Position numbers and translations under genes: made by a program. 64,000 bases of DNA from Longimicrobiales bacterium (GTDB lineage: Bacteria > Gemmatimonadota > Gemmatimonadetes > Longimicrobiales > Gaopeijiaceae): assembly GCA_965204735.1 (NCBI GenBank), contig OZ242008.1, positions 1,952,001 to 2,016,000 on the forward strand, written 5' to 3'. Below the pieces are notes generated by a model. The model saw only the letters and a list, made by a program, of their open reading frames with translations, did no database searches and was not told the DNA's origin. Position 1 is the first letter of the stretch. Each line of letters begins with the position of its first letter. Positions 48,148-59,402 of this stretch are shown here, piece by piece.

Positions 48148-50577
48148 CTAGAAGTTCGGGCCCATCTTGAAGTGCAGCTGCCAGCCCGGCTCGGCCTTGT
48201 CGAAGCCGTAGGCGTAGTCCAGCCCGATCGGTCCGAAGGGCGTCACCAGCTGCACTCCGAAGCCCGCGCCCCGGTAGAGCCTCGACGTGTCGAGGTCGGC
48301 CGGGTCCTCCCACAGGCTGCCCGCGTCGAAGAACGCGGAGAGGCCGATGTTGGTGTTGATCACCGCCTTCAGCTCCGCCGTGGACGAGAAGTAGGCGTCT
48401 CCCAGCCGATTGACCTGGGCGATGTCCTGTCCCCGCTCGGCGAACCACCCCCTGGGCGTGATCGAAGTCTCGTCGTAGCCCCGCAGGGACTCTCCGAACT
48501 GGACGCCGCCCATCCAGAAGGACTCGAAGGGAAAGCGGGACGCGTCGCCGAAGAGCGCTCCGCCCCGAACGCCGACCCCTACCGCGAACTGGACGCCCCC
48601 GGGCGTGGCGCCGTCGCCGCCCAGCCCGCCCACCGGGATCATCCACTGGGCCTCGGCGGTGTGCTTGACGAAGTCTCCCGCTCCCCCCAGGGGCCCTCCG
48701 TTGAACTCGGCGGTCCAGGTCTGCATCGACCCGGCGGTGGGAAAGAGGGGGTGGTTGAGAGTGCGTCGGGTCGCTCCGACGGAGATCGAGCTGAGGGTGC
48801 CCGGCGGCAAGCCGAAGAGGGACTCGTCGTCCACGTTCTGGAAGAGTTCGTAGCTCGTCCGGGAGAGGGAGTAGCCCAGGAACACCCTGGTGCGCAGCGA
48901 TCCCGGGAAGGGCACGCCGAACCTGGTGCTGAACCCCGCCCTGCGCCGGCGTCCCGTGGCGAACTGGAAGAAGCGGTCGGTGGAGTTGAAGAGGGAGAGG
49001 GAGCCGCTCACCGTGGATTGCAGGAGGGCCGGGTCCGTGAAGCTGAGGGTGAAGCTGTTGATCCAGCGCCCGAAGTCCCAGCGGATGTTCCCGGCCTTGG
49101 CTTGGCCGAAGAGGTTGGGCTGGTCGTATCCCAGGAAGCCGGAGAGTCCCACGCCCCCGCCCACGGCCGTGCCGAACTGGACCGAACCCGTCTGCTTCTC
49201 GGCCACCTTGAACACGATGTCCACGTCTCCCGACTCCTGGGTCACGATCTCGGGAGGCGTCATGGGCGCATCGAAGAAGCCCAGCGACTGGACGTTCTGG
49301 TACGACTGGACGAGCCGCGCCTGGCTGTACACGTCGCCCGGAAGGAGAAAGATCTTCTCCCGGATGATCCGGTCGTAGGTGAAGTCGTTGCCCTCGATCA
49401 CGATGCGGTTGACGTACGCCTGCGGTCCTTCCCGGATGCGCCAGCCGGCGCGCACCGTGGGGTGCCCGCCCGCTTCCTCGCCCGTCGCCTCCCAGTACGG
49501 CTCCACTTGGGCGTACAGATAGCCTTCGTTGGCGTAGAGCTCCCGCACCTGCTGGGCCGCTTCCTCGAAGGCGGCCACGTCGAAGATCCGCCCCAGCTCC
49601 GTTTCGTCGTCCCCGCCGAACCCCAGCGCCGCCAGGATGCCTCCCGAGTCGTCGTCGTAGAACGCCTCGATGCGTTCCGCCTCGAAGGCGCTGGCGCCGG
49701 CGACGGCGAAGTCGGCCACCCGGTACTGGGGGCCTTCCTCCACCGCCACCTCGATGCGGGCCTTGCCCGACTCAGGGTCCACGATCAGGGTGTCTCCCAG
49801 CACCTGAAAGTCCAGGTAGCCGGCCCGGCCGTAGAACTCGGGCAGCGATTCGGTCAAGTCCGCCTCGAAGTCGATGTCGTCGTAGTCCCCGCTGCGAAAC
49901 CAGAGAAAGCTCTCGGGCTTCGTGCTCATCGCGCCCCGCAAGTCGTCGTCGGAGAAGCGCTCGTTGCCGGCAAAGGTCACCTGCGCCACCACCACGCGCT
50001 GACCCTCGTCGACCTCGAGCACCACGTCCACCCGTCCCTCGTCCCCGGGGACGGGCGCCAGCCGGTCGTCGATTCGAGCGAAGGGAACGCCCTGGCGGCG
50101 CAGCTCCTCGCGGATGTACGCCCGAGCCTTGGCCATCGCGTTTCGCGAGAGGGGAGCCCCTTCTTCGAGCCCCGCTTCCTCGACGACGTCGCCCTCGGAG
50201 ATGGATTCGAGCCCGGTGATCCGAACGAGGCGGGTCAAGGCCCGCTCCTCGACCTCGATCACAAGCACGTTGCGCCCGGAGGACTCGTCGATCCTCACCG
50301 CCAAGTCCTCGTACTGGCCCGTCGCCCACAGGTTCTTGATCGCCCGCTGGACGTCTATGCCGGTGGCAAGGGCGCCCGGCGCCAATCCGGCGATCCCGGC
50401 CACGTCCTCCGCCGCCAAGCGCACGACTCCCTCGACCGCGATCGAATCGATCCGCACCAAGCCGTCGCCTTGCGGATCCTGGGCCGCGAGGCTTGCCGGG
50501 AGCCAGCCCGCGAGCGCCGCCGCCACGGCGACGGCCAGCGTCGGCGTGGATCCGAACGGCCTCTCGACCCCCATCAC
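48148..50577 (-). CDS. bamA: Outer membrane protein assembly factor BamA
   Basis: POTRA repeats, NLFG, LRGY, TPFGPIGLDYAYG, C-terminal Phe. Confidence 0.94.
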   Translation of the reverse strand: MMGVERPFGSTPTLAVAVAAALAGWLPASLAAQDPQGDGLVRIDSIAVEGVVRLAAEDVAGIAGLAPGALATGIDVQRAIKNLWATGQYEDLAVRIDESSGRNVLVIEVEERALTRLVRITGLESISEGDVVEEAGLEEGAPLSRNAMAKARAYIREELRRQGVPFARIDDRLAPVPGDEGRVDVVLEVDEGQRVVVAQVTFAGNERFSDDDLRGAMSTKPESFLWFRSGDYDDIDFEADLTESLPEFYGRAGYLDFQVLGDTLIVDPESGKARIEVAVEEGPQYRVADFAVAGASAFEAERIEAFYDDDSGGILAALGFGGDDETELGRIFDVAAFEEAAQQVRELYANEGYLYAQVEPYWEATGEEAGGHPTVRAGWRIREGPQAYVNRIVIEGNDFTYDRIIREKIFLLPGDVYSQARLVQSYQNVQSLGFFDAPMTPPEIVTQESGDVDIVFKVAEKQTGSVQFGTAVGGGVGLSGFLGYDQPNLFGQAKAGNIRWDFGRWINSFTLSFTDPALLQSTVSGSLSLFNSTDRFFQFATGRRRRAGFSTRFGVPFPGSLRTRVFLGYSLSRTSYELFQNVDDESLFGLPPGTLSSISVGATRRTLNHPLFPTAGSMQTWTAEFNGGPLGGAGDFVKHTAEAQWMIPVGGLGGDGATPGGVQFAVGVGVRGGALFGDASRFPFESFWMGGVQFGESLRGYDETSITPRGWFAERGQDIAQVNRLGDAYFSSTAELKAVINTNIGLSAFFDAGSLWEDPADLDTSRLYRGAGFGVQLVTPFGPIGLDYAYGFDKAEPGWQLHFKMGPNF

Positions 50578-53057
50578 GTCTTCGACGGCGCCGCCGCTCC
50601 GAACGAAAGCGCCTCTTCCTCTTCCATCACGTCCACGACGATCTCTTCGTCGTCCCCGAACTCGGCCATCAGGATCTTCTCGGAGAGCGGCTCCTCCAGG
50701 TAGCGTCGGATCGCCCGCTTCAGGGGCCGGGCGCCGAACTTCTCGTCGTACCCGCGAGCGGCGAGGAAGCTCACGGCGGCGTCGGTGAGGACGATCGTCG
50801 TTCCGTCCCGCGAGAGCCGCGCCCGCACGTCCTCGAGCATGATCTGGACGATCTCCGCGATCTCTGCGCGGCCCAGCGGGTGGAAGACGATGATGTCGTC
50901 CACCCGGTTGAGGAACTCGGGGTTGAAGGCGCGCTCGATCTCGCCGGTCACTTGGTCCCGCATCTTCTCGTACCCCGAGACCGCGTTCGCCGCGCGGAAG
51001 CCGAGCCCTCCCTTCGATATCTCCCGTGCGCCCAAGTTGGACGTCATGATCAGCACCGTGTTCCGGAAGTCGATCACCCGGCCGTAGTTGTCCGTCAGGT
51101 GGCCTTCGTCCAGCACCTGCAGGAGGATGTTGAAGACGTCGGGGTGCGCCTTCTCGATCTCGTCGAAGAGAACCACCGAGTACGGCCGGCGGCGCACCGC
51201 CTTCGTCAGCGCGCCCGAGTCCTGGTAGCCCACGTAGCCGGGGGGCGCGCCGATGAGGCGCGACACGGAGAACTTCTCCATGTACTCGCTCATGTCCACG
51301 CGAACCAGCGCCTCCCGGTCGGCGAAGAGGAACTCGGCCAGGGTGCGGGCCAGCTCCGTCTTCCCGACGCCGGTGGGCCCGGAGAAGATGAAGGAGCCGA
51401 TCGGCCTGCTCGGGTCCTTGAGCCCCGCCCGGCTCCGACGGATCGCCCTCGAGACGGCGGCGATGGCGTCGTGCTGGCCGACGACCCGCTTGTGAAGCTC
51501 GTCCTCCATGTGGACGAGCCGCTCCGTCTCCGCCTGCTTGATCCGCGTCAGGGGAATGCCCGTCCAGCGACTCACGATGAACGACACCTCCTCGGCGGTG
51601 AGGGCCGGGCGGTGCCGCTTCCGCTCTTCCTCCCAGGCGGTCCTTTCCTCCTTGATCCGCCGCTGGATGTCGCGCTCCTCGTCCCGGAGCTGGGCGGCGC
51701 GCTCGAAGTCCTGTTCCCGGATGGCGGTCTCCTTGCGCTCGCCCACGGCCGCCAGGGCCCCCTTGAGCTCCTCGACCTCCGGGGGCGAGACTTGGCTGGC
51801 GATCCGGGCCCTGGCGCCGGCCTCGTCGATCACGTCGATGGCCTTGTCGGGAAGGTACCGGTCGGTGATGTACCGGTCCGAGAGGCGAGCGGCGTGGGTC
51901 AGCGCCTCGTCGGGGATCACCACCCGGTGGTGGGCTTCGTACCGGCCGCGCAGTCCCTGGAGGATCTCGACGGTCTCGTCGACGCTCGGCGGGTCCACCA
52001 CCACCGGCTGGAAGCGCCGCTCCAGGGCGCCGTCCTTCTCCACGTACTTCCGGTACTCGTTCAGGGTGGACGCGCCTATGCAGCGCAGCTCGCCCCGGGC
52101 CAGCGCCGGCTTGAGCATGTTGGAGGCGTCGATCGCCCCCTCGGCCGCTCCCGCGCCCACAAGCGTGTGGAGCTCGTCGATGAAGAGGACCACGTTCTTG
52201 TGTCGGGAGATCTCGTTCATCACCGCCTTGAGCCGCTCCTCGAACTGGCCCCGGTACTTGGTGCCGGCCACCACCGCCGCCATGTCCAGCGCCAGGAGCC
52301 GGTGGTCCTTGAGAGCGTCGGTGACCTCGCCCCGGGCGACGAGCTGGGACAACCCTTCCACGATTGCCGTCTTCCCCACGCCGGGCTCGCCGATCAGGAC
52401 CGGGTTGTTCTTCTTGCGGCGGCAGAGGATCTCGACGACCCGCTCGATCTCCTGAGTCCGTCCGATGATGGGGTCCAGCTCGCCGCGCTTCGCCAAGTCG
52501 GTCAGGTCGCGGCAGAAGTGGTCGAGGGCCGGGGTCTTGGTCTTGGCCTTGCTTCCGCCCGGCCGAGAAGCGGACGCGCCGCCGGCGCCCGTCTCGGCGA
52601 CCGCCGCCGCCGAGCTCATGTCCGAGCCCAGGACCTTGAGGGTCTCCTCTCGGGCTTCCTCGATCGTCGCGCCCAGAGCGTTGAGTTCCTGCGCGGCGAT
52701 TCCCTTCTTCTCCCTGAGCAGGCCGAGGAGGAGATGCTCCGTGCCCACGTAGGAGTGGTTGAGCTCCCGTGCCTCGGCCATGGCGAACTCCAGCACCTTC
52801 TTGGCCGGCGACGTGTACGGCAGCTCGCCCAGCGCGATCGTGGCCTTGCCCTTGCGCACGGCGCCCTCGACCCGCTCGTGGAGCTTCTCGACGTCCACGT
52901 CCAGGTTGCCCAGCACGTGGGCCGCCACGCCCTCGCCTTCCCGCACGAGCCCCAGCAGGATGTGCTCCGTTCCCACGTAGTCGTGCTGCAGGCGGATCGC
53001 TTCCTGGCGGGCCATCGCCAAGACCTTGCGCACCCTCTCCGTGAAGTTGTAGTTCAT
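50574..53057 (-). CDS. clpC: ATP-dependent Clp protease ATP-binding subunit ClpC
   Basis: Clp N repeats, [11 protein letters not shown] motif, [11 protein letters not shown] loop, PEFLNR. Confidence 0.96.
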   Translation of the reverse strand: MNYNFTERVRKVLAMARQEAIRLQHDYVGTEHILLGLVREGEGVAAHVLGNLDVDVEKLHERVEGAVRKGKATIALGELPYTSPAKKVLEFAMAEARELNHSYVGTEHLLLGLLREKKGIAAQELNALGATIEEAREETLKVLGSDMSSAAAVAETGAGGASASRPGGSKAKTKTPALDHFCRDLTDLAKRGELDPIIGRTQEIERVVEILCRRKKNNPVLIGEPGVGKTAIVEGLSQLVARGEVTDALKDHRLLALDMAAVVAGTKYRGQFEERLKAVMNEISRHKNVVLFIDELHTLVGAGAAEGAIDASNMLKPALARGELRCIGASTLNEYRKYVEKDGALERRFQPVVVDPPSVDETVEILQGLRGRYEAHHRVVIPDEALTHAARLSDRYITDRYLPDKAIDVIDEAGARARIASQVSPPEVEELKGALAAVGERKETAIREQDFERAAQLRDEERDIQRRIKEERTAWEEERKRHRPALTAEEVSFIVSRWTGIPLTRIKQAETERLVHMEDELHKRVVGQHDAIAAVSRAIRRSRAGLKDPSRPIGSFIFSGPTGVGKTELARTLAEFLFADREALVRVDMSEYMEKFSVSRLIGAPPGYVGYQDSGALTKAVRRRPYSVVLFDEIEKAHPDVFNILLQVLDEGHLTDNYGRVIDFRNTVLIMTSNLGAREISKGGLGFRAANAVSGYEKMRDQVTGEIERAFNPEFLNRVDDIIVFHPLGRAEIAEIVQIMLEDVRARLSRDGTTIVLTDAAVSFLAARGYDEKFGARPLKRAIRRYLEEPLSEKILMAEFGDDEEIVVDVMEEEEALSFGAAAPSKT

Positions 53058-53061
53058 GCTA

Positions 53062-54165
53062 CTAACTTCGCCCTGCGCCGCTCGAACCGGAAGTGGCGGC
53101 CTCGTCCGCCAGCGCCGCGCGAACGTACCGAGCCCTCTGGGCTTGGCGTTCGGCCACGGCCAGCTCCCGTCCCGCCGCTTCGTTGAGGTGAGCCGTCTGG
53201 GTGAAGATCATCAGCTTGTTGAGCGTGTGCGCCGGCGGCCCTGGAAGGAGCTTCAGAGACAGGCCCAGCCGGACGCCGGACAACAGGTTGACCAGCTCCT
53301 CGTACGCCATGGCGCGGGCATGGCGCAGCAGGCCGTAGGCTCGCCATATCTTGTCCTCGGTCACGTTGGCGGCGTCCCGCAGCAGGACGCGTCGCGCCCG
53401 CAGCTCCGTCTCGATCACTGTGCCCACGATCCGGTCCAAGTGCGCCACCAGGTCCTCCTCGCTCTTGCCCAGCGTGGTTTGGTTGGAAACCTGAAAGAAG
53501 TTTCCCATGGGCCGGGACCCTTCTCCGTGAAGGTTGCGGAGGGTAAGGCCGAGCTGGGAGATGCCCTGGTGGACCTTGTCGAACTCCTTCGTCAGCACTA
53601 GGCCGGGCAAGTGCACCAGCGCCGAGGCCCGCAGCCCGGTTCCGGTGTTCGTGGGGCACGACGTGAGGTAGCCGAACTCGGGGTGGTAGGCCAACGGAAG
53701 CCGTTCTCCGGTCTCCTCGTCCAACTCGTCGACCAGCCGCCACGTCTCTCCGAAGCGCAGGCCGGACTGAAGGGCCTGGAGGCGCAGGTGGTCCTCCTCG
53801 TTGACCATCATGCTCACCGGATCGCCTGCCGTCGCGGCCACGGCCGCCGCCGTCGGAGGCGTGGTCCGCTTCCTTCCGAGAAGCTCCTTGGAGATCAGGT
53901 GCCTTTCCAGCAAGATGCTCCGGGCCCGCTCGCCGAGACGGTCCATGCGGTAGAGCACGGCGTTGCGGGGACGCGCCCCCGCCACCGCGTCCTCCACGGC
54001 CTTGTAGACGGCTTCCCGATCGGAGTCCCGGGCCCTGGACCCGAACGGATGGCCTTGCAGGTTCCGGGCCAGCCGCACCCTGGTCGCCAGGACGACGTCG
54101 GCCCGGGGTCCCGCGGCGTCGAGCCATTCCAGGCCGTAGTCGGCGATTCGGTCGAGGTCGCTCAT
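53062..54165 (-). CDS. mcsB: Protein arginine kinase McsB
   Basis: RVRLARN, NEEDHLR, TSCPTNTGTGLRAS, QVSNQTTLG. Confidence 0.93.
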   Translation of the reverse strand: MSDLDRIADYGLEWLDAAGPRADVVLATRVRLARNLQGHPFGSRARDSDREAVYKAVEDAVAGARPRNAVLYRMDRLGERARSILLERHLISKELLGRKRTTPPTAAAVAATAGDPVSMMVNEEDHLRLQALQSGLRFGETWRLVDELDEETGERLPLAYHPEFGYLTSCPTNTGTGLRASALVHLPGLVLTKEFDKVHQGISQLGLTLRNLHGEGSRPMGNFFQVSNQTTLGKSEEDLVAHLDRIVGTVIETELRARRVLLRDAANVTEDKIWRAYGLLRHARAMAYEELVNLLSGVRLGLSLKLLPGPPAHTLNKLMIFTQTAHLNEAAGRELAVAERQAQRARYVRAALADEAATSGSSGAGRS

Positions 54166-54674
54166 CCCGTCGGTTCCAGTTCGAGGATCTGGTCGCGCAG
54201 CTCGGCTGCCCGCTCGAAGTCCTCGGCCTCCACTGCGCGCTGCAGGCGAGAGCGGAGGGCCACCAGCTGCTTGTCGAGGTCGGCCGCCGCCGAGTCGGGG
54301 GGCAGGTACACCTTTCCGACGTGCTGGGCCGCGCCGTGGATTCGCTCCAGCAAGCGGCGAAGGCTGGGCTCGTAGGAAGTGTAGCACTGCGGACACCCGA
54401 GCCGGCCGGTCTCCCTGAAGCGTTCGAAGGTCAGGCCGCAGAACGAGCAGGGTTCGTCGGCGGCTTCGGGCGAGCCCGCTTCGCCGGCGCCCAGCTGGGC
54501 GAGGAACCCGGACACGTCGGCGGCGGGCCCGGACCAGGCGCTGATCCCCTTGGCCTCGGCGCAAGCCCGGCACAGATGGTGATGGGACGCCACTCCGTTC
54601 ACTACCTGGGTCACGTGGACAACGGCCGTCTTCTCGCAGCCCTCGCCGTCGCAGAGCTTCTTGGGATCAGACAT
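54162..54674 (-). CDS. mcsA: McsA protein arginine kinase activator
   Basis: Four Cys pairs, GRLGCPQCY, C-terminal UVR motif EDFERAAELRD. Confidence 0.9.
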   Translation of the reverse strand: MSDPKKLCDGEGCEKTAVVHVTQVVNGVASHHHLCRACAEAKGISAWSGPAADVSGFLAQLGAGEAGSPEAADEPCSFCGLTFERFRETGRLGCPQCYTSYEPSLRRLLERIHGAAQHVGKVYLPPDSAAADLDKQLVALRSRLQRAVEAEDFERAAELRDQILELEPTG

Positions 54675-55386
54675 CTTCCAAAACCCCTTCCCTCAGCCGC
54701 AGGACTCTCTCCGCTCGGGACGCCAATTCACGGTTGTGCGTAACCACTACAAGCGCAACTCCACGGCGCGCCTTGAGCCCGAACAACATCTCGTGCAGGC
54801 CCTCGCTGGTGCGAGGATCGAGGTTGCCCGTGGGTTCGTCCGCCAGGAGCGCGAGAGGCTGGTTCACAAGGGCCCGGGCGACCGCCACCCGCTGCTGCTC
54901 GCCACCGGAGAGCTGAGCGGGCTTGTGGCTCGAGCGGTCGCCGAGGCCGACTTGCAGCAGGAGCTCGCTGGAGCGCTGCCGGGCCGTGCTCTCGATCTCG
55001 CCGCGAATGAGGGCGGGCATCATGACGTTCTCGAGGGCCGTGAACTCGCGCAACAGGTGGTGGAACTGGAAGACGAAGCCGATTCGCCGGTTCCGCAGCT
55101 CGGCGGCCGCCCTGTCGTCCAGCGACTGGGTGTCGGTCCCCCCGATCCGGACCGATCCGCCGCTGGGCCGGTCCAGTGCGCCCAGCAGGTGCAGCAGCGT
55201 CGACTTCCCGGCTCCGCTGGCGCCCGTGATCGCCACCGCTTCCCCCTGTTCCACGACGAAGTCCACCCCTCTGAGCACGTGCAGCGGAGGCCCGGCCACG
55301 CCGGCGTAGGACCGGTGCAGCCCCTCGGCCTCCACAGGGGGGCGCGCCTTGGCCGGGTCCGCGGCCGCCGCCTTCGCCTCACTCAT
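54667..55386 (-). CDS. lolD: Lipoprotein-releasing ABC transporter ATPase LolD
   Basis: GASGAGKST, FVFQFHHLL, LSGGEQQR, ADEPTGNLD. Confidence 0.92.
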   Translation of the reverse strand: MSEAKAAAADPAKARPPVEAEGLHRSYAGVAGPPLHVLRGVDFVVEQGEAVAITGASGAGKSTLLHLLGALDRPSGGSVRIGGTDTQSLDDRAAAELRNRRIGFVFQFHHLLREFTALENVMMPALIRGEIESTARQRSSELLLQVGLGDRSSHKPAQLSGGEQQRVAVARALVNQPLALLADEPTGNLDPRTSEGLHEMLFGLKARRGVALVVVTHNRELASRAERVLRLREGVLEDV

Positions 55387-56680
55387 GGCGGATCGCCTCG
55401 ATGGGCTCGAGGCTCGACGCCTGCCGTGCCGGGTAGATCGTCGCAGCCAGGGAGACCAGGAGGCTGACGCCCACGATCCACAGCACGTCCCACGGGGAAA
55501 GGGCTACCGGCAGCCGGTCCACGAAGTACACGTCGGGCGGAATGGGGATCAGCCCGTATCGCTCGATCAGCACCGACAAGACGAGCCCCAAGGCGGTTCC
55601 AGCCGCGGTTCCCGCGACGCCGATCCACAGTCCCTGGAAGAGGAACGCCCGCAGCGTGTCGCGACGGGTGAGTCCCATCGCCTTCAGGATGCCGATCTCT
55701 CGGGTCCGGTTGACCACGACCATCACCAGGGTGCTCACGATGTTGAAGGCGGCGACGAGGACGATCAGCGAAAGGATCACCGCCATCGCCAGCTTCTCCA
55801 GCTTCAGCGCCGAGAAGAGCTGCCGGTTGGTGCGGGTCCAGGGGTCCACTGCGTACGGCCATCCCCCCAGCGCCGTGCCGATCGAGTCCGCGACGGCCTC
55901 GGCGCTCCACGGGTCCTTCGTCTGCGCCCCCACGAACGACGCCTCGCCGGGCTCCATGTCCAGCAGCTCCTGCACGTCGCTCAGCGAGGCGTAGGCGTTT
56001 CGGAAGTCGTAGTCGTACATCCCCGTGCTGAAGACTCCCGTCACCTCCCACTGGACCATCTTGGGCGCGACCTCTCCCAGCAGGCCCACTCGAAAGTTCT
56101 CCAGCGCCGCGACGGTGACCGTGTCGCCCGGGTAGAGGTTCATGCGGGCGGCCACTCCGCTTCCCAGCGCGACGGGCACTAGTCCGTTCGGCCGTCGGGA
56201 GAGGGGGATGCGACCGCTGCGGAGGCTGTCCTCGATCGCGGTGACCGGCGGTCCGGTCCCCTTCAGGTCCACCCCGTACAGGTAGACCACCTCGGCGTAC
56301 TCCGAGCGGAAGAGCGACACCCGGGTCAGAGCCACGGGCGAGACGGCGACCACGCCCTCGGCGTCCGCCACCGTCTCGGCCACTCTCTTCCAGTCGTCCA
56401 GGCGGAGGGAAGGCCCGGACTGGCGCACCATGACGTGGGGGTTGGACCCGAGGATCTTCTCCCGCAGCTCGTTCTGCATCCCCGTCATGACGCCGATGAC
56501 GACCACCAGCGCCGTCACGCCCACGACCACGCCTCCCAGCGCGATCCAGGTGATGAAGGACAGGAGACGGCCTCCCTTCCGGGTCGCTCCCAAGTAGCGG
56601 CGCGCAAGGAACCAAGCCAAGCGGGTGCGGGAAGTGGTCCCGGCGCCGGCGGCGCCGTCCCGGTGCTCGGTCGGACTCAT
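55379..56680 (-). CDS. lolC: Lipoprotein-releasing ABC transporter permease LolC/E
   Basis: LARRYL, VIGVMTG, AAFNIVSTL, REIGILKAMG, ATIYPARQA. Confidence 0.9.
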   Translation of the reverse strand: MSPTEHRDGAAGAGTTSRTRLAWFLARRYLGATRKGGRLLSFITWIALGGVVVGVTALVVVIGVMTGMQNELREKILGSNPHVMVRQSGPSLRLDDWKRVAETVADAEGVVAVSPVALTRVSLFRSEYAEVVYLYGVDLKGTGPPVTAIEDSLRSGRIPLSRRPNGLVPVALGSGVAARMNLYPGDTVTVAALENFRVGLLGEVAPKMVQWEVTGVFSTGMYDYDFRNAYASLSDVQELLDMEPGEASFVGAQTKDPWSAEAVADSIGTALGGWPYAVDPWTRTNRQLFSALKLEKLAMAVILSLIVLVAAFNIVSTLVMVVVNRTREIGILKAMGLTRRDTLRAFLFQGLWIGVAGTAAGTALGLVLSVLIERYGLIPIPPDVYFVDRLPVALSPWDVLWIVGVSLLVSLAATIYPARQASSLEPIEAIRHE

Positions 56681-56738
56681 CGAGCACGTTCCCGCAAGAG
56701 CACGACACGGGCAGGCTCCCGCAAGAGCACGGTCCGCT

Positions 56739-58280
56739 TCACGGCGCCCGCCCGGCCCGCGCGTCCGCTTCGGCTTCCCGCAGCGTTGGGAAGAGGATCA
56801 CGTCCCGAATCGACGCCTGGTCGGTCAGGACCATCGTCGCCCTGTCGATCCCGATGCCCACGCCGCCGGTCGGGGGCATGCCGTGCTCCAGCGCCCGGAT
56901 GTAGTCCTCGTCGATCGGCTGGGCCTCGTCGTCGCCGGCGGCGCGGAGAGCCGCCTGGTCCTCGAAGCGAGCCCGCTGGGCGACGGGATCGTTCATCTCG
57001 CTGAAGGCGTTGGCCATCTCCTGGCCGGCCACGTACAGCTCAAAGCGCTCCGAGAGGTGCGGCGCGCCCCGCTTGGCCTTCGCCAGGGGACTCAGCTCCC
57101 GGGGGTGGTCCGTCACGAAGGTGGGCTGGACCAGAGCAGGCTGGACCAGGGCGCCGAAGAGGGCGTCCATCAGCTTCCCCCGACCCGCGCCTTCCACTCC
57201 TTCGACGCCCGCTTCCTCCGCCCGGGCGCGCAGCTCGTCCACCGGCGCCCCCAGGGGGTCCCTTCCCAGCGCTTCCTCGAGAGCGTCCACGAACGGACGC
57301 CGGGCGAAGGGCGCGTCGAAGGATATCTCGGCGCCCTGGTAGACCACGCGCCGACTGCCCCCGGCCGCCTCCGCCAGAGCTGCGAAGAGGCGCTCCGCCG
57401 CTTCCATCATCTCCTCGTAGTCGGCGAACGCCTGGTAGAACTCCAGCATGGTGAACTCGGGGTTGTGGAAGCGGTCCACGCCCTCGTTGCGAAAGTCCTT
57501 CGATATCTCGTAGACCCGTTCCATGCCGCCCACGATCAGCCGCTTCAGGTAGAGCTCGTCGGCGATCCGCAGGTACAGCGTGCGGTCCAGCGCCAAGTGC
57601 CGCGTCGTGAAGGGCCGTGCCGAAGCGCCGCCGTAGAGGGGCTGCAGCACCGGCGTCTCCACTTCCACGAACCCCAGGTCGTCCAGGAACCGGCGCGCCG
57701 CCGTCACGATCCGGCTTCGAGCGCGGAAGACGTCGCGCACCTCGGGGTTGGCCGCCAAGTCGGCGTAGCGCCTCCGATAGCGCGCCTCCCGATCCGCGAA
57801 GCCGGAGTGGGTCGTGCTCTCGCCCGTGGCCTCGTCCACCTCGACCTTGCCCAGGGGAAGGGGGCGCAGGGACTTCGCAAGGAGGCAAAGGCGCGCGACG
57901 CGGATCGTGACCTCTCCCATGCGGGTGCGGAAGAGGCTGCCCTCCACGCCGATCCAATCCCCCAGGTCCAGCAGCTCCAGAAGGGAAAAGGCGTCGGCGC
58001 CCACCACGTCCCGGCGGAAGTAGAGCTGCACTCGGCCCGTGGCGTCTTCCAGATCGGCGAAGGCGCTCTTCCCGTGGGAGCGAAGAGCCACCATCCGGCC
58101 CGCCCACCGCCCGGCTTCGCCGCGCCCGTCCGTCAGGTCGCCTGCCGCTTCCTGCTCCTCGAAGCGCCGGACGGACGGGAGGGCGCGCCGCGTGACCGGA
58201 TAGGAGTAGGCGAAAGGCTCCACGCCCCGCTCCCGGAGCGCCGCCAGCTTCTGAAGCCGATCCTTCAGGACTCGGCTCAC
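56739..58280 (-). CDS. lysS: Lysine--tRNA ligase (class II)
   Basis: YGGASARPF, YLRIADELYLKRL, FRNEG, HNPEFT, HGMPPTGG.GIGIDR. Confidence 0.96.
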   Translation of the reverse strand: MSRVLKDRLQKLAALRERGVEPFAYSYPVTRRALPSVRRFEEQEAAGDLTDGRGEAGRWAGRMVALRSHGKSAFADLEDATGRVQLYFRRDVVGADAFSLLELLDLGDWIGVEGSLFRTRMGEVTIRVARLCLLAKSLRPLPLGKVEVDEATGESTTHSGFADREARYRRRYADLAANPEVRDVFRARSRIVTAARRFLDDLGFVEVETPVLQPLYGGASARPFTTRHLALDRTLYLRIADELYLKRLIVGGMERVYEISKDFRNEGVDRFHNPEFTMLEFYQAFADYEEMMEAAERLFAALAEAAGGSRRVVYQGAEISFDAPFARRPFVDALEEALGRDPLGAPVDELRARAEEAGVEGVEGAGRGKLMDALFGALVQPALVQPTFVTDHPRELSPLAKAKRGAPHLSERFELYVAGQEMANAFSEMNDPVAQRARFEDQAALRAAGDDEAQPIDEDYIRALEHGMPPTGGVGIGIDRATMVLTDQASIRDVILFPTLREAEADARAGRAP

Positions 58281-59402
58281 GCCGCCCTCCCGGCGGACTT
58301 CAGGAACGCCTCGATGAAGGGGTCCAGAGCGCCGTCCATGACGGCCGCCACGTCTCCCTTCTTCAGCCCGGTGCGGTGGTCGTTCACCAAGGTGTACGGC
58401 GCGAAGACGTACGACCGGATCTGGTTGCCCCACGCGATCTCGGTCTTCGACGCCTCCAAGGCCTGCTTCTCCTTCTCCTTGTCGTCCAGCGCGCGCTGGT
58501 ACAGGGCGGCCCGGAGCATCTTCATCGCTGTGGAGCGGTTCCGCTGCTGGGAGCGCTCCTGCTGGCAGGAGACCACGATCCCCGTCGGCTCGTGGACGAT
58601 CCGAATCGCCGAGTCCGTCTTGTTGACGTGCTGTCCGCCCGCTCCCGACGCCCGAAAGGTGTCTATTCGGAGATCGGCCTCGTCGATCTCGACCTCGATC
58701 TCCCGGTCGAGCACCGGACAAACGAACACGGAGGCGAAGGACGTGTGCCGCCGCGACTGGGAATCGAAGGGCGAGATGCGGACCAAGCGGTGCACGCCGC
58801 TCTCCGCCCGGAGGTACCCGTAGGCGTGGTCGCCGGCCACCTCCATGGTGACGCTCTTGATCCCCCCCTCCTCTCCCGGCTGCACGTCGAGCACCTCGAC
58901 GCCGTACCCTCGGCCCTCGCACCACCGCGCGTACATCCGCCAGAGCATCCTGGCCCAGTCCTGGGACTCCAGGCCGCCGGCGCCGGGATGGATCGTCACC
59001 ATGGCTTCCCGGTGGTCGTCGCCGCCTTGGAGCATCGTCCGAAGCTCCAGCCGGTCCAGCGCCTCTTCCAGCTTCCCGAGCTCTCCGGCCAACTCCCCTT
59101 CCAGCTCCTCGTCTTCGTCGTCCGCGAGCAGGTCCATCAGCTCCGCCAGCTCCGCCGCCTTTCCGTGGAGCGCCGTCCAGGGCCCCACCCAGCCCCTTAG
59201 GCGGTTGGCCTCGTCGATCACCCCCCGGGCCTGCTCCTGGTCGTCCCAGAAGCCGGCGGCCGCCATCTCGGCGTCGAGAGCTTCGATTCGCTCGCGGCGC
59301 CCGTCGACGTCAAAGGTACCCCCGAAGCTCCTCGATCCGCCGCGCGAGGGCGTCGAGGCGCTGAGGGTCGCAGCGACGGGCTTGTTCCTGCACGGTTCCC
59401 AT
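58277..59402 (-). CDS. prfB: Peptide chain release factor 2, programmed +1 frameshift
   Basis: ATG 59402 gives 30 codons to CTT-TGA-C (59315-59309) preceded by GGGGG; SPF and GGQ motifs in the +1 frame. Confidence 0.95.
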
